A DNA stretch of 64,000 bases. Origin: Microbacterium sp. Lineage in GTDB: Bacteria; Actinomycetota; Actinomycetes; Actinomycetales; Microbacteriaceae. The position numbers and the translations under genes were made by a program. The notes beneath the pieces are model-generated. The model searched no databases and had not been told where the DNA came from. It was given only the letters and a program-made list of their open reading frames with translations. The stretch is from contig JBEBSN010000001.1 in assembly GCA_040394295.1 (NCBI GenBank), positions 12,443-76,442 of the forward strand. The letters are read 5' to 3'. This document shows, piece after piece, positions 18,777 to 27,952 of this stretch (its first letter is position 1; each line of letters opens with the position of its first letter).

Positions 18777-19639
18777 ACACGACCGACCTCGAGCTCTACA
18801 ACGCGACCGCGAAAGCGAGCGCGTCCGTCGTCATCCGTCGGTACTCGACATCGTTCGGCTGGGCCAGTCGCCTCCTCGACCAGGCTGTCCGCAGCGACAT
18901 CGCACGCATATACGCGCTCGTTCGCATCGCTGACGAGCTCGTCGACGGGCCTGCCGAGGCGGCCGGAGTCGATGTCGACACCCGCGCGTTGCTGCTGGAC
19001 GAACTCGAGGCAGAGACGGCTCGAGCACTCGAATTGGGCTACAGCACCAACCTCATCGTGCACGCCTTCGCACTGACGGGGCGCCAGCACGGCATCGGAA
19101 TGGACCTGTGTCGGCCGTTCTTCTCCTCGATGAGGAAAGACCTTGACGCGAGCTCGTTCGATGCCGCCGAACTCAGTGAGTACATCTACGGTTCGGCCGA
19201 GGTCGTCGGCCTGATGTGCCTGGCCGTCTTCGAGTCGGCGCAGGTACGCACGGAGGATGAGTCGGCGAGGTTGAAAGACGGCGCGCGCAGACTCGGTGCT
19301 GCTTTCCAGAAGGTGAATTTCCTTCGGGACTTCGCCGATGATCATGATGATCTGGGCCGCGCGTACCTGCCCGGCACGACAGCGGCACTGACAGAGCAGT
19401 CGAAGGCAGAGGTCGTCGCCTCGATCAGAGACGACCTGCGTGCGGCGGACAGTGCGATCGCGCTTCTGACTCCAGCGTGCCGCGGCGCGGTCTGGGCGGC
19501 ACGCGCCATCTTCGGCGAACTGACCGACCGAATCGAGTCGACACCGGTCTCAACTTTGACCAATACTCGTGTTCGCGTGCCCAATCCCATCAAAGCTGGC
19601 ATCCTCGCCCGCGCGCTTCGGATGAAGGTTCGCCGATGA
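18773..19639 (+). CDS. crtB: Phytoene synthase
   Basis: YSTSF, RIADELVD, YIYGSAEVVGLMC, FQKVNFLRD. Confidence 0.93.
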   Translation: MNTTDLELYNATAKASASVVIRRYSTSFGWASRLLDQAVRSDIARIYALVRIADELVDGPAEAAGVDVDTRALLLDELEAETARALELGYSTNLIVHAFALTGRQHGIGMDLCRPFFSSMRKDLDASSFDAAELSEYIYGSAEVVGLMCLAVFESAQVRTEDESARLKDGARRLGAAFQKVNFLRDFADDHDDLGRAYLPGTTAALTEQSKAEVVASIRDDLRAADSAIALLTPACRGAVWAARAIFGELTDRIESTPVSTLTNTRVRVPNPIKAGILARALRMKVRR

Positions 19640-21198
19640 AACAACGTTCCCGAGTGATCGTGATCGGCGGCGGAGTGAGTGGGCTTGCCACCGCATGCCT
19701 TCTCGCCAAAGACGGGCACCAGGTCAGCCTTCTCGAGAGGAACAGTGAGTTCGGCGGCCGGGCCGGGATCTGGGAAGAGTCGGGTTTCACCTTCGATACC
19801 GGCCCCTCCTGGTACCTGATGCCCGAAGTCTTCGACCACTTCTATCGGATGATGGGAACGACGACCTCGGATCACCTCGATCTGATACCACTCGAGCCTG
19901 GCTACCGGATCTACGGCGAGCGCTCGGGGAACGTCGCGGAGGATCCCATCGACATCGTGGCAGGAACAGAGCATGCCGCTTCGCTGTTCGAGAGTCGCGA
20001 ACCAGGAGCAGGAGCGCGGGTACGCCGTTATCTCGCATCTGCGACGAAGACCTATCACGCCGCTGTACGCTCGTTCCTGTACAACCCGTTCTCGTCATGG
20101 CGTGACTTCACCTCGCGGCAGACCCTCGCGGCTGTACCCGCTGTGCTGCCGCTCCTCACGCGCTCGCTGTGGCGCTTCGCTGGGCGGCGGTTCACCGAGA
20201 CGCGCCTGCGGCAGACTCTCGCCTACCCGGCTGTGTTCCTCGGGACGTCTCCATTCGACGCACCGGCTCTCTATCATCTGATGAGCCACATGGATCTGGT
20301 CGACGGGGTGAAGTATCCGTCGGGCGGCTTCCGGAGGTTCGTCTCCTCACTCGTCGAGATCGCGCGTGAGAACGGGGTCGAACTGCTCGCCGACAGCGAC
20401 GTCACGAGCATCAGCAGCGAAGGCGGCACTGTGCATTCGGTCCAGTTCGTGCGCGACGGCCGACGGCATAGCGTCGACGCCGACATCGTCGTCTCGGCGA
20501 TCGATGAGCACCATACTGAAACGGTCCTGCTCGAACAGAGCGACCGCTCATACCGGCAGAAACGGTGGGATAGGCAGATATCGGGTCCGAGCGCCGTGCT
20601 CATCATGCTCGGTGTGAAAGGGCTGCTGCCCCAGTTGCTGCACCACACGCTGTTCTTCTCCGATGACTGGCATGACAATTTCGACGCGATCTTCGGCTCA
20701 TCCAGCAGAGTCCCGCAGACACCGTCGCTGTATGTCTGCAAGCCGAGTGCGACCGATGACGATGTGGCCCCCGAGGGGCACGAGAATCTCTTCGTGCTCA
20801 TCCCGCTGCCCGCTGACACGACGATCGGGCACGGCGGGGTCGGCGCCTCGGGCGATGCGCTCGTCAACGAGATCGCCGATCGCGCCGTAGACCAGATCGC
20901 CTCCTGGGCGGGCATCCCTGACCTGGCTTCGCGCGTCGTCGTTCGGCGCACTGTCGGCCCTGCCGATTTCGACGCGCAGTTCAACTCGTTCCGAGGCAGT
21001 GCTCTCGGCCCCGCCCACACCCTGAACCAGAGCGCCTTCTTCCGCGGGGTGACGCGTTCGCGTCGCGTCGACGGCCTGTTCTACGCCGGGGCGACGACCG
21101 TGCCCGGCGTAGGACTGCCGATGTGTCTCATCAGCGCGGAACTGGTCCTCAAGCATGTTCGCGGAGACCACTCCCCCGGGCCCCTGGAGGAGCCATGA
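19636..21198 (+). CDS. crtI: Phytoene desaturase
   Basis: GGGVSGLA, FDTGPSWYLMP, GSALGPAHTLNQSAFFR, PGVGLPMCLISA. Confidence 0.94.
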   Translation: MKQRSRVIVIGGGVSGLATACLLAKDGHQVSLLERNSEFGGRAGIWEESGFTFDTGPSWYLMPEVFDHFYRMMGTTTSDHLDLIPLEPGYRIYGERSGNVAEDPIDIVAGTEHAASLFESREPGAGARVRRYLASATKTYHAAVRSFLYNPFSSWRDFTSRQTLAAVPAVLPLLTRSLWRFAGRRFTETRLRQTLAYPAVFLGTSPFDAPALYHLMSHMDLVDGVKYPSGGFRRFVSSLVEIARENGVELLADSDVTSISSEGGTVHSVQFVRDGRRHSVDADIVVSAIDEHHTETVLLEQSDRSYRQKRWDRQISGPSAVLIMLGVKGLLPQLLHHTLFFSDDWHDNFDAIFGSSSRVPQTPSLYVCKPSATDDDVAPEGHENLFVLIPLPADTTIGHGGVGASGDALVNEIADRAVDQIASWAGIPDLASRVVVRRTVGPADFDAQFNSFRGSALGPAHTLNQSAFFRGVTRSRRVDGLFYAGATTVPGVGLPMCLISAELVLKHVRGDHSPGPLEEP

Positions 21199-21518
21199 GC
21201 GGTGTGTACGCAGCTTCACTGGCGGTGAGCGCTGCGTGCCTCGTGCTTCTCGATGTGCGCTACTCGCTGGTGCTGCGGCGCAGACCCGTCGTCGCCGCTG
21301 CAACGCTCGCGATCGGGGTCGTGTTCTTCCTCGCATGGGATGTGGTCGGAATCAGCCTCGGCGTGTTCCGACACCTCGATTCGTCCTGGGCGACCGGCAT
21401 CCTGATCGCACCGCAGCTTCCCATCGAAGAACTACTCTTCCTCATCTTCCTCAGCTATCTCACGCTCATACTGCTGAGCGGCTGGCAGCGTTGGCGCGAG
21501 CGGGCGGAAACTCGATGA
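21195..21518 (+). CDS. C50 carotenoid cyclase subunit (CrtYe/CrtYg-like)
   Basis: 107-aa hydrophobic protein, FFLAWDVVGI and PIEELLF cyclase motifs. Confidence 0.85.
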   Translation: MSGVYAASLAVSAACLVLLDVRYSLVLRRRPVVAAATLAIGVVFFLAWDVVGISLGVFRHLDSSWATGILIAPQLPIEELLFLIFLSYLTLILLSGWQRWRERAETR

Positions 21519-21865
21519 CCTATCTGCTGATGTCACTGCCGTTCCTCGGTGCCGCGTTGATCGTCTTCGCGATCGGCGTCGGACATTCACATCGTCGCGG
21601 CCAGGTGCGACGGTATCTGTCGTCGTGGGCGGCCGCGACCGCCGCTCTTCTCGTGCTGACAGCTGTCTTTGACAACGTGATGATGGCGGCGGGGTTCTTC
21701 GACTACGGTGCAGACGAGATCTCCGGAATGAGATTGGGACTGATACCGCTCGAGGATTTCCTCTACCCCATCGCCGGAGCCCTGCTGCTGTCAGGCACGT
21801 GGCAGCTCTTCAGTAAGAACGACCCTGTTGCCGCGCGCACGAGAGCCGGAGGCTCCGATGACTGA
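21515..21865 (+). CDS. C50 carotenoid cyclase subunit (CrtYf/CrtYh-like)
   Basis: LTAVFDNVMM, PLEDFLYP motifs. Confidence 0.85.
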   Translation: MTYLLMSLPFLGAALIVFAIGVGHSHRRGQVRRYLSSWAAATAALLVLTAVFDNVMMAAGFFDYGADEISGMRLGLIPLEDFLYPIAGALLLSGTWQLFSKNDPVAARTRAGGSDD

Positions 21866-22748
21866 GACGATGTCGGTGCTTCGTACGCTCTTCGTCGCCT
21901 CTCGGCCGCTGAGCTGGATCAATACCGCGTACCCTTTTGCCGCCGTGTATCTGCTGACGACCGGAAGCATCGATGTCGCGCTGGTGGTCGGGACGCTCTT
22001 CTTCCTTGTTCCGTACAACCTCGCGATGTACGGCGTCAACGACGTGTTCGATTACGAATCAGACCTCGCCAACCCGCGCAAGGGCGGCGCAGAGGGCGCC
22101 AAGCTGCCGCCGCACCTGCATCGCGCGACTCTGATCTCTGCGGCGGCTCTGGCGGTGCCGTTCGTGATCGCGCTCGTCATCCTCGGCGCGCAGCGCCCGA
22201 TGTCGTGGCTCGTCCTGGCTGTGAGCCTGTTCGCCGTTCTCGCCTACTCGGTGCGGGGACTGCGTTTCAAAGAGATTCCCGTGCTCGATTCGATCACATC
22301 GAGCACTCACTTCGTCACACCCGCGCTTTATGCGCTCGCACTGGCCGGGACTGCGGTCACGCCGGCGATCGTCGTGACGATGGTCGCGTTCTTCTGCTGG
22401 GGAATGGCAAGCCACGCATTCGGCGCAGTGCAGGACATCGTTCCAGACCGCGAGGCCGGCATCGGATCCATCGCCACGGTGCTCGGTGGCGCGACGACAG
22501 TCAGAATAGCCGTGCTCCTGTGGGCGACGGCGGGAGCGCTGATGATCTTCACTCCTTGGCCGGCGAGCCTTGCCGCACTGGCTGCGCTGCCATACATCAT
22601 CAGCGTCGCGCCGTATCTGGCTGTCGCCGACGCGCACTCCGGCCTCGCGAACCGCGCCTGGCGACGGTTCCTCGCCATCAACTACGCGGTCGGATTTGCC
22701 GTCACGATGCTGCTCATCGTCTGCCAGGCACAAGGACTCTTCTCGTGA
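21858..22748 (+). CDS. crtEb: Lycopene elongase (UbiA-family prenyltransferase)
   Basis: SRPLSWINTAYPF, GVNDVFDYESD, NPRKGG, HAFGAVQD. Confidence 0.9.
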   Translation: MTETMSVLRTLFVASRPLSWINTAYPFAAVYLLTTGSIDVALVVGTLFFLVPYNLAMYGVNDVFDYESDLANPRKGGAEGAKLPPHLHRATLISAAALAVPFVIALVILGAQRPMSWLVLAVSLFAVLAYSVRGLRFKEIPVLDSITSSTHFVTPALYALALAGTAVTPAIVVTMVAFFCWGMASHAFGAVQDIVPDREAGIGSIATVLGGATTVRIAVLLWATAGALMIFTPWPASLAALAALPYIISVAPYLAVADAHSGLANRAWRRFLAINYAVGFAVTMLLIVCQAQGLFS

Positions 22749-24217
22749 CGCGCGTGCTGGTCACCGGCGCGACCGGCTACATCGGCGGCAGGCTCGTTCC
22801 CCAGCTGCTCGACGCCGGTCACGAAGTGAGTGTGTACGTTCGCTCTCCCTGGAAGCTGCGCGACGTGCCGTGGCGCGCGCAGGTGCGCGTCTTCAAAGGC
22901 GACCTCACGGATGCTGTCGCGACGCGCCGCGCGATGAACGGCGTCGACGTCGCATTTCATCTTGTGCACTCCATGAGCGCCGGCCGCGATTTCGAACGCG
23001 CAGAGGAGAAGGCCGCTCAGAACTTCGCCGGGGCTGCAGCCGGCGCGAAGGTGAAGAGGATCGTCTACCTCGGCGGGCTTCATCCCGATGATGTCGCGCT
23101 GTCGAAGCACCTCTCTTCTCGTGCCGCGGTGGGGAAGGTCTTCCTGGACTGCCCTGTGCCGGCCATCGTCTTCCAGGCCGGCATCGTGATCGGATCCGGG
23201 TCGGCGTCGTTCGAGATGATTCGACATCTGACGGAGGTGCTGCCCTATATGCCCGCGCCCCGCTGGGTGCGCAATCACGTGCAGCCCATCGCGGTGCGCG
23301 ATGTGCTCCGATACCTGGTGAGCTCCGTCGCGATCGAAGAACCACTCAATCGGACCTTCGACATCGGAGGGCCCGATATTCTGCGCTACGGACAGATGAT
23401 GAACGGATACGCCGTAGAAGCCGGCCTTCCGCAGCGGCACATCGCCGCTCTTCCGGTGCTCACGCCATGGCTCGCGTCGCAGTGGGTGAGTCTGGTGAGC
23501 CCCATCCCCCGCCAGATCGCCGTGCCGATCATCGCATCGCTCCAGAACGACTGCGTCATGAGCGAGCACGACATCGACGAGTACGTTCCTCCCCCCGACG
23601 AGGGTCTGCTCTCCTACCGGACGGCGGTGAGATTGGCTCTCACGCGAGAAGCCGAGGGCCAGATCGAAACCAGTTGGCAGAGCGCGACCGTTCCGGGCGC
23701 ACCGAGCGACCCGCTTCCGAGCGACCCGGACTGGGCCGGTCACACTGTCTACACCGATCTGCGTGAGCGCGCGAGCAGCGCACCAGCGGACGCCGTATGG
23801 AAAGTGATCGAGGCCATTGGCGGCGAGAAGGGCTGGCATTCCTTCCCGCTCGCGTGGGCGGCTCGAGGATGGATCGACCGCCTTGTCGGCGGAGTCGGAA
23901 TGCGGCGAGGCAGACGTCACCCGTCCCGCGTCAACAGCGGCGATGTCATCGATGTCTGGCGCGTCGAGTCCATCGAACGAGGCCGGATGCTGCGCCTGCG
24001 AGCCGAGATGCGGATGCCTGGGCGAGCGTGGCTGGAGCTGGAAGTCCAACCGGCCGCATCCGGAAGCCGATACCGTCAACGCGCCGTGTACTTCCCCAAG
24101 GGACTGACCGGCCGGCTGTACTGGGTCGTGCTGCTGCCGTTTCACGGAATCATCTTCAAGGGCATGGCCTCCAGCATCCTGCGTGAGGCAGAGAATTCGA
24201 GACAGGAGACGTCATGA
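22745..24217 (+). CDS. Atypical SDR/NAD(P)-binding protein with C-terminal DUF2867 (YbjT-like)
   Basis: VTGATGYIGGRL, GSGSASFEMIR, QPIAVRDVL, LRLRAEMRMPGRAWL, GRLYW..LLPFH. Confidence 0.85.
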   Translation: MTRVLVTGATGYIGGRLVPQLLDAGHEVSVYVRSPWKLRDVPWRAQVRVFKGDLTDAVATRRAMNGVDVAFHLVHSMSAGRDFERAEEKAAQNFAGAAAGAKVKRIVYLGGLHPDDVALSKHLSSRAAVGKVFLDCPVPAIVFQAGIVIGSGSASFEMIRHLTEVLPYMPAPRWVRNHVQPIAVRDVLRYLVSSVAIEEPLNRTFDIGGPDILRYGQMMNGYAVEAGLPQRHIAALPVLTPWLASQWVSLVSPIPRQIAVPIIASLQNDCVMSEHDIDEYVPPPDEGLLSYRTAVRLALTREAEGQIETSWQSATVPGAPSDPLPSDPDWAGHTVYTDLRERASSAPADAVWKVIEAIGGEKGWHSFPLAWAARGWIDRLVGGVGMRRGRRHPSRVNSGDVIDVWRVESIERGRMLRLRAEMRMPGRAWLELEVQPAASGSRYRQRAVYFPKGLTGRLYWVVLLPFHGIIFKGMASSILREAENSRQETS

Positions 24218-25866
24218 GGTTGTGGTCTGTACATCCGCGGTACTTCGATCGGCAGGCCCTCATCGCCTGTTGGCGGGAAGGGCTGCTTGCCCAAGCGGTC
24301 ATCGCTGAGCCAGGGCGAGGGTACTCGCATCACCCGCAGTTGCATCGGTTTCAGCAGGCGGAAGATCCGCAATCGGCGATCGGCGATTATCTGAGTGCGA
24401 TCGTCGACGAAGCGGATGCGCGCGGATACAACTTCGCCAGGGAGAAGATCCTCCGCATCGGCTCGCGTGAGACGTTGACCGTCAGCGACGGTCAGCTCGC
24501 CTATGAGTGGCGCCATCTCGCCGCGAAGATGCAGCAGCGCAGCCCCGATGTGTGGAAGCGCTGGGAGTCGGTGACGACCGCTTCCCCCCATCCGTCGTTC
24601 ACGGTCGTCGAAGGTCCGATCGCCGAGTGGGAGAAGGTCGACCCGCGCACGGGTACGGCGACACCGCCTCGCCCTCGCGAGACCAAGCCGCCAGCCGCGT
24701 CCGGCGTGCACATCGAAGAGGGCTCGGTGGTGCCGAACGCCACCGATGCGACGCGAACCGGCGCCGAGTACGCGACCGGTCCAATGAGTTATGACGCCAT
24801 CCTGCTGTCCGGCTTCGGCGGTCCAGAAGGACAGGAAGACGTCCTGCCTTTCCTTCGAAATGTGACGCGCGGCAGGGGTATCCCCGACGAGCGTCTGGAA
24901 GAGGTCGCACACCATTACCGGCAGTTCGGCGGGGTCAGCCCCATCAACGAGCAGAACCGTCAGCTCAAGCACGCCCTCGAAGATGCCCTCTCGGCCATTG
25001 GGGTGGACCTGCCGGTCTACTGGGGCAATCGCAACTGGGCTCCGTATCTCGATGACGCTCTCGCGCAGGCCGCGGCCGACGGCGTCAGAAAGATGATCGC
25101 CATCCCGACGAGCGCCTACTCTTCGTACTCGTCATGTCGGCAATACCGTGAAGATTGGGCGGACGCCCTGGAAGCGAGCGGCTTGCAGCAAACCCTTCAG
25201 ATCGACAAGGTTCGCCAGTTCTTCTCCCACCCCGGGTTCATACAACCCTTCATCGCCGGAGTGCAGGATGCGGTCGCCGAAGCGAAACGCGCCGGTCACG
25301 ACCTTGCCGACATCGAAGTGCTGTTCTCGACCCACAGCATCCCCACCGAAGATGCCGCTCGATCTGGGGCGGGGCTGTTCGATGACGTCGAGGGCGGCGG
25401 ATACGTCGCGCAGCACCTCGCTGTGGCTGAGGAGGTCGTCGCAAAGGCTGCGCCGGGTGTGTCGTGGCAGCTCGTCTATCAGTCACGCTCGGGACCACCA
25501 TCGCAGCCTTGGCTCGAACCCGATATCAACGATGCGCTGCACGCCCTCGAAGGTCGCACCGCGGTGCTCATCGTGCCGTTGGGTTTTGTGAGCGACCACA
25601 TGGAGGTCATGTGGGATCTGGATGAGGAGGCCCGTGCGACCGCCGCTGAGCTCGGGCTCTGGGTGGCACGAACCCCGACGCCGGGCACGCACCCCGATTT
25701 CGTGAGTGCTCTCGTCGACCTCGTGCAAGAAAGAATCGCCGGTCGCCCTGTCGGCAAGCGCGCAAACGCCACGTCGATCAGGCCCTGGTTCGATGTGTGC
25801 CGTCCTGGGTGCTGCGAGAACGCACGGCTCGGCTTCAGACCGGCGATCGCGGGTCTGCAGCCGTGA
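24214..25866 (+). CDS. hemH: Fusion ORF: pyrimidine-dimer DNA glycosylase/endonuclease V-like domain (about 24214-24639) plus ferrochelatase (about 24727-25866)
   Basis: N-term MRLWSVHPRYFD...WREGLLAQAV...HPQL.RF; C-term FGGPEG...PFLRNVTRGRGIP, YWGNRNWAP, HSIP, QSRSG...WLEPD, GFVSDHMEV, CRPGCC; no stop between domains. Confidence 0.85.
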   Translation: MRLWSVHPRYFDRQALIACWREGLLAQAVIAEPGRGYSHHPQLHRFQQAEDPQSAIGDYLSAIVDEADARGYNFAREKILRIGSRETLTVSDGQLAYEWRHLAAKMQQRSPDVWKRWESVTTASPHPSFTVVEGPIAEWEKVDPRTGTATPPRPRETKPPAASGVHIEEGSVVPNATDATRTGAEYATGPMSYDAILLSGFGGPEGQEDVLPFLRNVTRGRGIPDERLEEVAHHYRQFGGVSPINEQNRQLKHALEDALSAIGVDLPVYWGNRNWAPYLDDALAQAAADGVRKMIAIPTSAYSSYSSCRQYREDWADALEASGLQQTLQIDKVRQFFSHPGFIQPFIAGVQDAVAEAKRAGHDLADIEVLFSTHSIPTEDAARSGAGLFDDVEGGGYVAQHLAVAEEVVAKAAPGVSWQLVYQSRSGPPSQPWLEPDINDALHALEGRTAVLIVPLGFVSDHMEVMWDLDEEARATAAELGLWVARTPTPGTHPDFVSALVDLVQERIAGRPVGKRANATSIRPWFDVCRPGCCENARLGFRPAIAGLQP

Positions 25867-25873
25867 CCCGGTG

Positions 25874-25930
25874 CTGAACCGATCACTCGTTCCCTGAACC
25901 GATCACTCGCTCCCTGAGCCTGTCGAAGGG
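25874..25930. repeat. Two 20-bp tandem units followed by a REP-like arm CCCTGAGCCTGTCGAAGGG
   Basis: ctgaaccgatcactcgttcc (25874-25893), ctgaaccgatcactcgctcc (25894-25913), ctgagcctgtcgaaggg (25914-25930). Confidence 0.7.
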
Positions 25931-26286
25931 TCCTGCTTGCGCCTTTCGATCTCCTGACGCAGGCGCCACTCCTCTATCTCACGATCGAGGTCGGCGATCT
26001 GCTCCTCTGTGCTGCGCGTATCCATCGAAGCCGTCCACGATTGCACTGGCGCCTGTGATGTGGCGCGTGGCGCCCGGCGCCGCACCCGAGGGATCGAGAC
26101 CCCGCCATCGCCGTACTCGCGTCCGAGACCGAACCACAGCACGCTTCCGATGAACGGAATGACGATCACGAGGATCAGCCAGACCATCTTCGGCAGGTGC
26201 TTCACCTGGGAGTCATCGCGCGTGATGATGTCGATCAGCGCGCCGATCGTCAGCGCGAAGATGAGAAGTGAAAGAACGAACGCCAT
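25903..26286 (-). CDS. PLDc N-terminal domain membrane protein
   Basis: ALIDII...LPKMVWLILVIVIPFIGSVLWF; TACTCT 6 nt before ATG. Confidence 0.8.
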   Translation of the reverse strand: MAFVLSLLIFALTIGALIDIITRDDSQVKHLPKMVWLILVIVIPFIGSVLWFGLGREYGDGGVSIPRVRRRAPRATSQAPVQSWTASMDTRSTEEQIADLDREIEEWRLRQEIERRKQDPSTGSGSE

Positions 26287-26310
26287 GAGTTCAGAGTAGA
26301 CGTACGGCGC

Positions 26311-27240
26311 TCAAGGCAGCAGGTGTCCCGCAGCGCGGTACAGCTCGTACCACTCCGCCCGGCTCAGCACGAGGTCAGCGCCGGCGGCTGCTTCCTGCAG
26401 CCGTCCGGGCGTCGTCGTTCCCAGAACGACCTGCATGTTCGCCGGGTGGCGCGTGATCCACGCGGTGGCGATCCCGATCGGCGTCACGGCGTGGATTGCA
26501 GCGAGTCGGTCGATGACGGCGTTCAACTTCGCATACTCGGGGTTTCCCAGGAACACGCCGGTGAAGAAACCGGACTGGAACGGTGACCACGCCTGGATGG
26601 TGATGTCGTTGATGCGGCAGTACTCGACGACGCCGCCGCCGTCGCGGACTACGCTCTGTTCCTCCCCCACCATGTTCGCGGCGACGCCCTGCGCGATGAT
26701 CGGCGCGTGCGTCATCGACAGCTGCAACTGGTTGGCGATGAAGGGCTGCTGCACTGCCGTTCGCAGCAGGTCGATCTGGCGCGGCGTGTGGTTGGAGACG
26801 CCGAAGGCTCGAACCTTTCCCGATGCCGAGAGTTCGTCGAAGGCACGAGCCACTTCGTCGGGCTCGACGAGTGCATCGGGACGGTGCAGAAGAAGCACGT
26901 CGATGTAGTCCGTACGAAGCGCCTTGAGGGAGCCCTCCACCTGAGCGACGATGTGCTCGTAGGAGAAGTCGAACATGCCGTCGGCCGGGACGATGCCGCA
27001 CTTCGTCTGCAGCGTGATCTCTCCACGTTCTGCGGTGCTCAGGCCAAGAGCATCCGCAAACCGCCCCTCACAGAAGTGCATGCTGCCGCCGTAGATGTCA
27101 GCGTGATCGAAGAAGTCGATTCCAGCATCGCGAGCTGTGCGGTAGAGGTCTCTGATGTGGGCTTCGTCCTTGTCGTGTATTCGCATCATTCCGGCGATGA
27201 CAGCCGGCGCGCGGGCAGATCCGAAAGAGACTGACTTCAT
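26311..27240 (-). CDS. Aldo/keto reductase (YdhF-like)
   Basis: FFDHADIYG, TKCGI, LLLHRPD, GVSNH, QAWSP; TACGGT 6 nt before ATG 27240. Confidence 0.9.
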   Translation of the reverse strand: MKSVSFGSARAPAVIAGMMRIHDKDEAHIRDLYRTARDAGIDFFDHADIYGGSMHFCEGRFADALGLSTAERGEITLQTKCGIVPADGMFDFSYEHIVAQVEGSLKALRTDYIDVLLLHRPDALVEPDEVARAFDELSASGKVRAFGVSNHTPRQIDLLRTAVQQPFIANQLQLSMTHAPIIAQGVAANMVGEEQSVVRDGGGVVEYCRINDITIQAWSPFQSGFFTGVFLGNPEYAKLNAVIDRLAAIHAVTPIGIATAWITRHPANMQVVLGTTTPGRLQEAAAGADLVLSRAEWYELYRAAGHLLP

Positions 27241-27271
27241 TGAGTAACCGTACCGCTGATTGAATAGCCGA

Positions 27272-27877
27272 ATGGCCTTCCTCGTTGCTCCCGCATCAGT
27301 GACTCTCACCGGCTCGCTGGTCGAGCTCGTTCCCCTCGATCGGTCCCATCACGACGGGCTCGTGGGTGCCGCACGCGAGGACGATCTGTGGGAGACAGCC
27401 TGGTACACGTCCGTTCCGGCGCCCGTCGGCGTCGCCGCCGAGATCGATCGTCGACTTGCGTTGGCAGACGCCGGCGAGATGGTGCCTTTCACTGCTTTCG
27501 ATGCCTCAGGTCGAGTGCTAGGCATGACCAGCTACTACGAGATGGCGGCGGATGTTCCGCGTCTTCACATCGGCTACACGTGGAATCGTCCGTCCGCACA
27601 CGGCACCGGCACGAACGCCGAGTCTAAACTCCTTCTGCTGCGCCACGCCTTCGAAACGCTGGGGGTGTTCCGAGTGGGCTTCACGACCCAGTGGCTGAAC
27701 TTCCAGTCTCGCGCCGCGATCGAACGGCTCGGCGCCAAACAGGATGGCGTCATGCGTGCGGTGTCGCGCCACCGCAATGGTGCACTGCGTGACAGCGTCG
27801 AGTTCTCGATCATCGAGCCGGAGTGGCCTGCAGTGAGGGCGAATCTTGAGATGCGGTTGTCGAAGTACACCCGATAG
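27272..27877 (+). CDS. GNAT (RimJ/RimL-like) N-acetyltransferase
   Basis: IGYTW, GTGTNAESKLLLL.HAFE, SRAAIERLGAKQDG. Confidence 0.88.
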   Translation: MAFLVAPASVTLTGSLVELVPLDRSHHDGLVGAAREDDLWETAWYTSVPAPVGVAAEIDRRLALADAGEMVPFTAFDASGRVLGMTSYYEMAADVPRLHIGYTWNRPSAHGTGTNAESKLLLLRHAFETLGVFRVGFTTQWLNFQSRAAIERLGAKQDGVMRAVSRHRNGALRDSVEFSIIEPEWPAVRANLEMRLSKYTR

Positions 27878-27952
27878 GCGGCGCCCATAGCGCCTTGCAG
27901 GGCAGGGCGAAACCCCCTCGCCACGCTGGGGCGGCCCAGCTACCCTCCCGGC

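Noticed and set aside
22205-22744. 670-aa version of the DUF2867 SDR, and similar extended starts at 7960, 9006, 11105, 15391, 19477 and 13575
   Set aside because: Extensions overlap upstream genes in another frame; coupled or RBS-led starts with family N-termini lie downstream
22682-24145. Long antisense and alternate-frame ORFs (e.g. 487 aa here, 48317-49843, 60766-62121, 2733-3923, 38635-39729)
   Set aside because: They shadow well-supported genes, have no recognisable motifs, and are expected in high-GC DNA with few stop codons
25874-25930. 20-bp repeats as a mini-CRISPR
   Set aside because: Units are contiguous with no spacers and there are no cas genes
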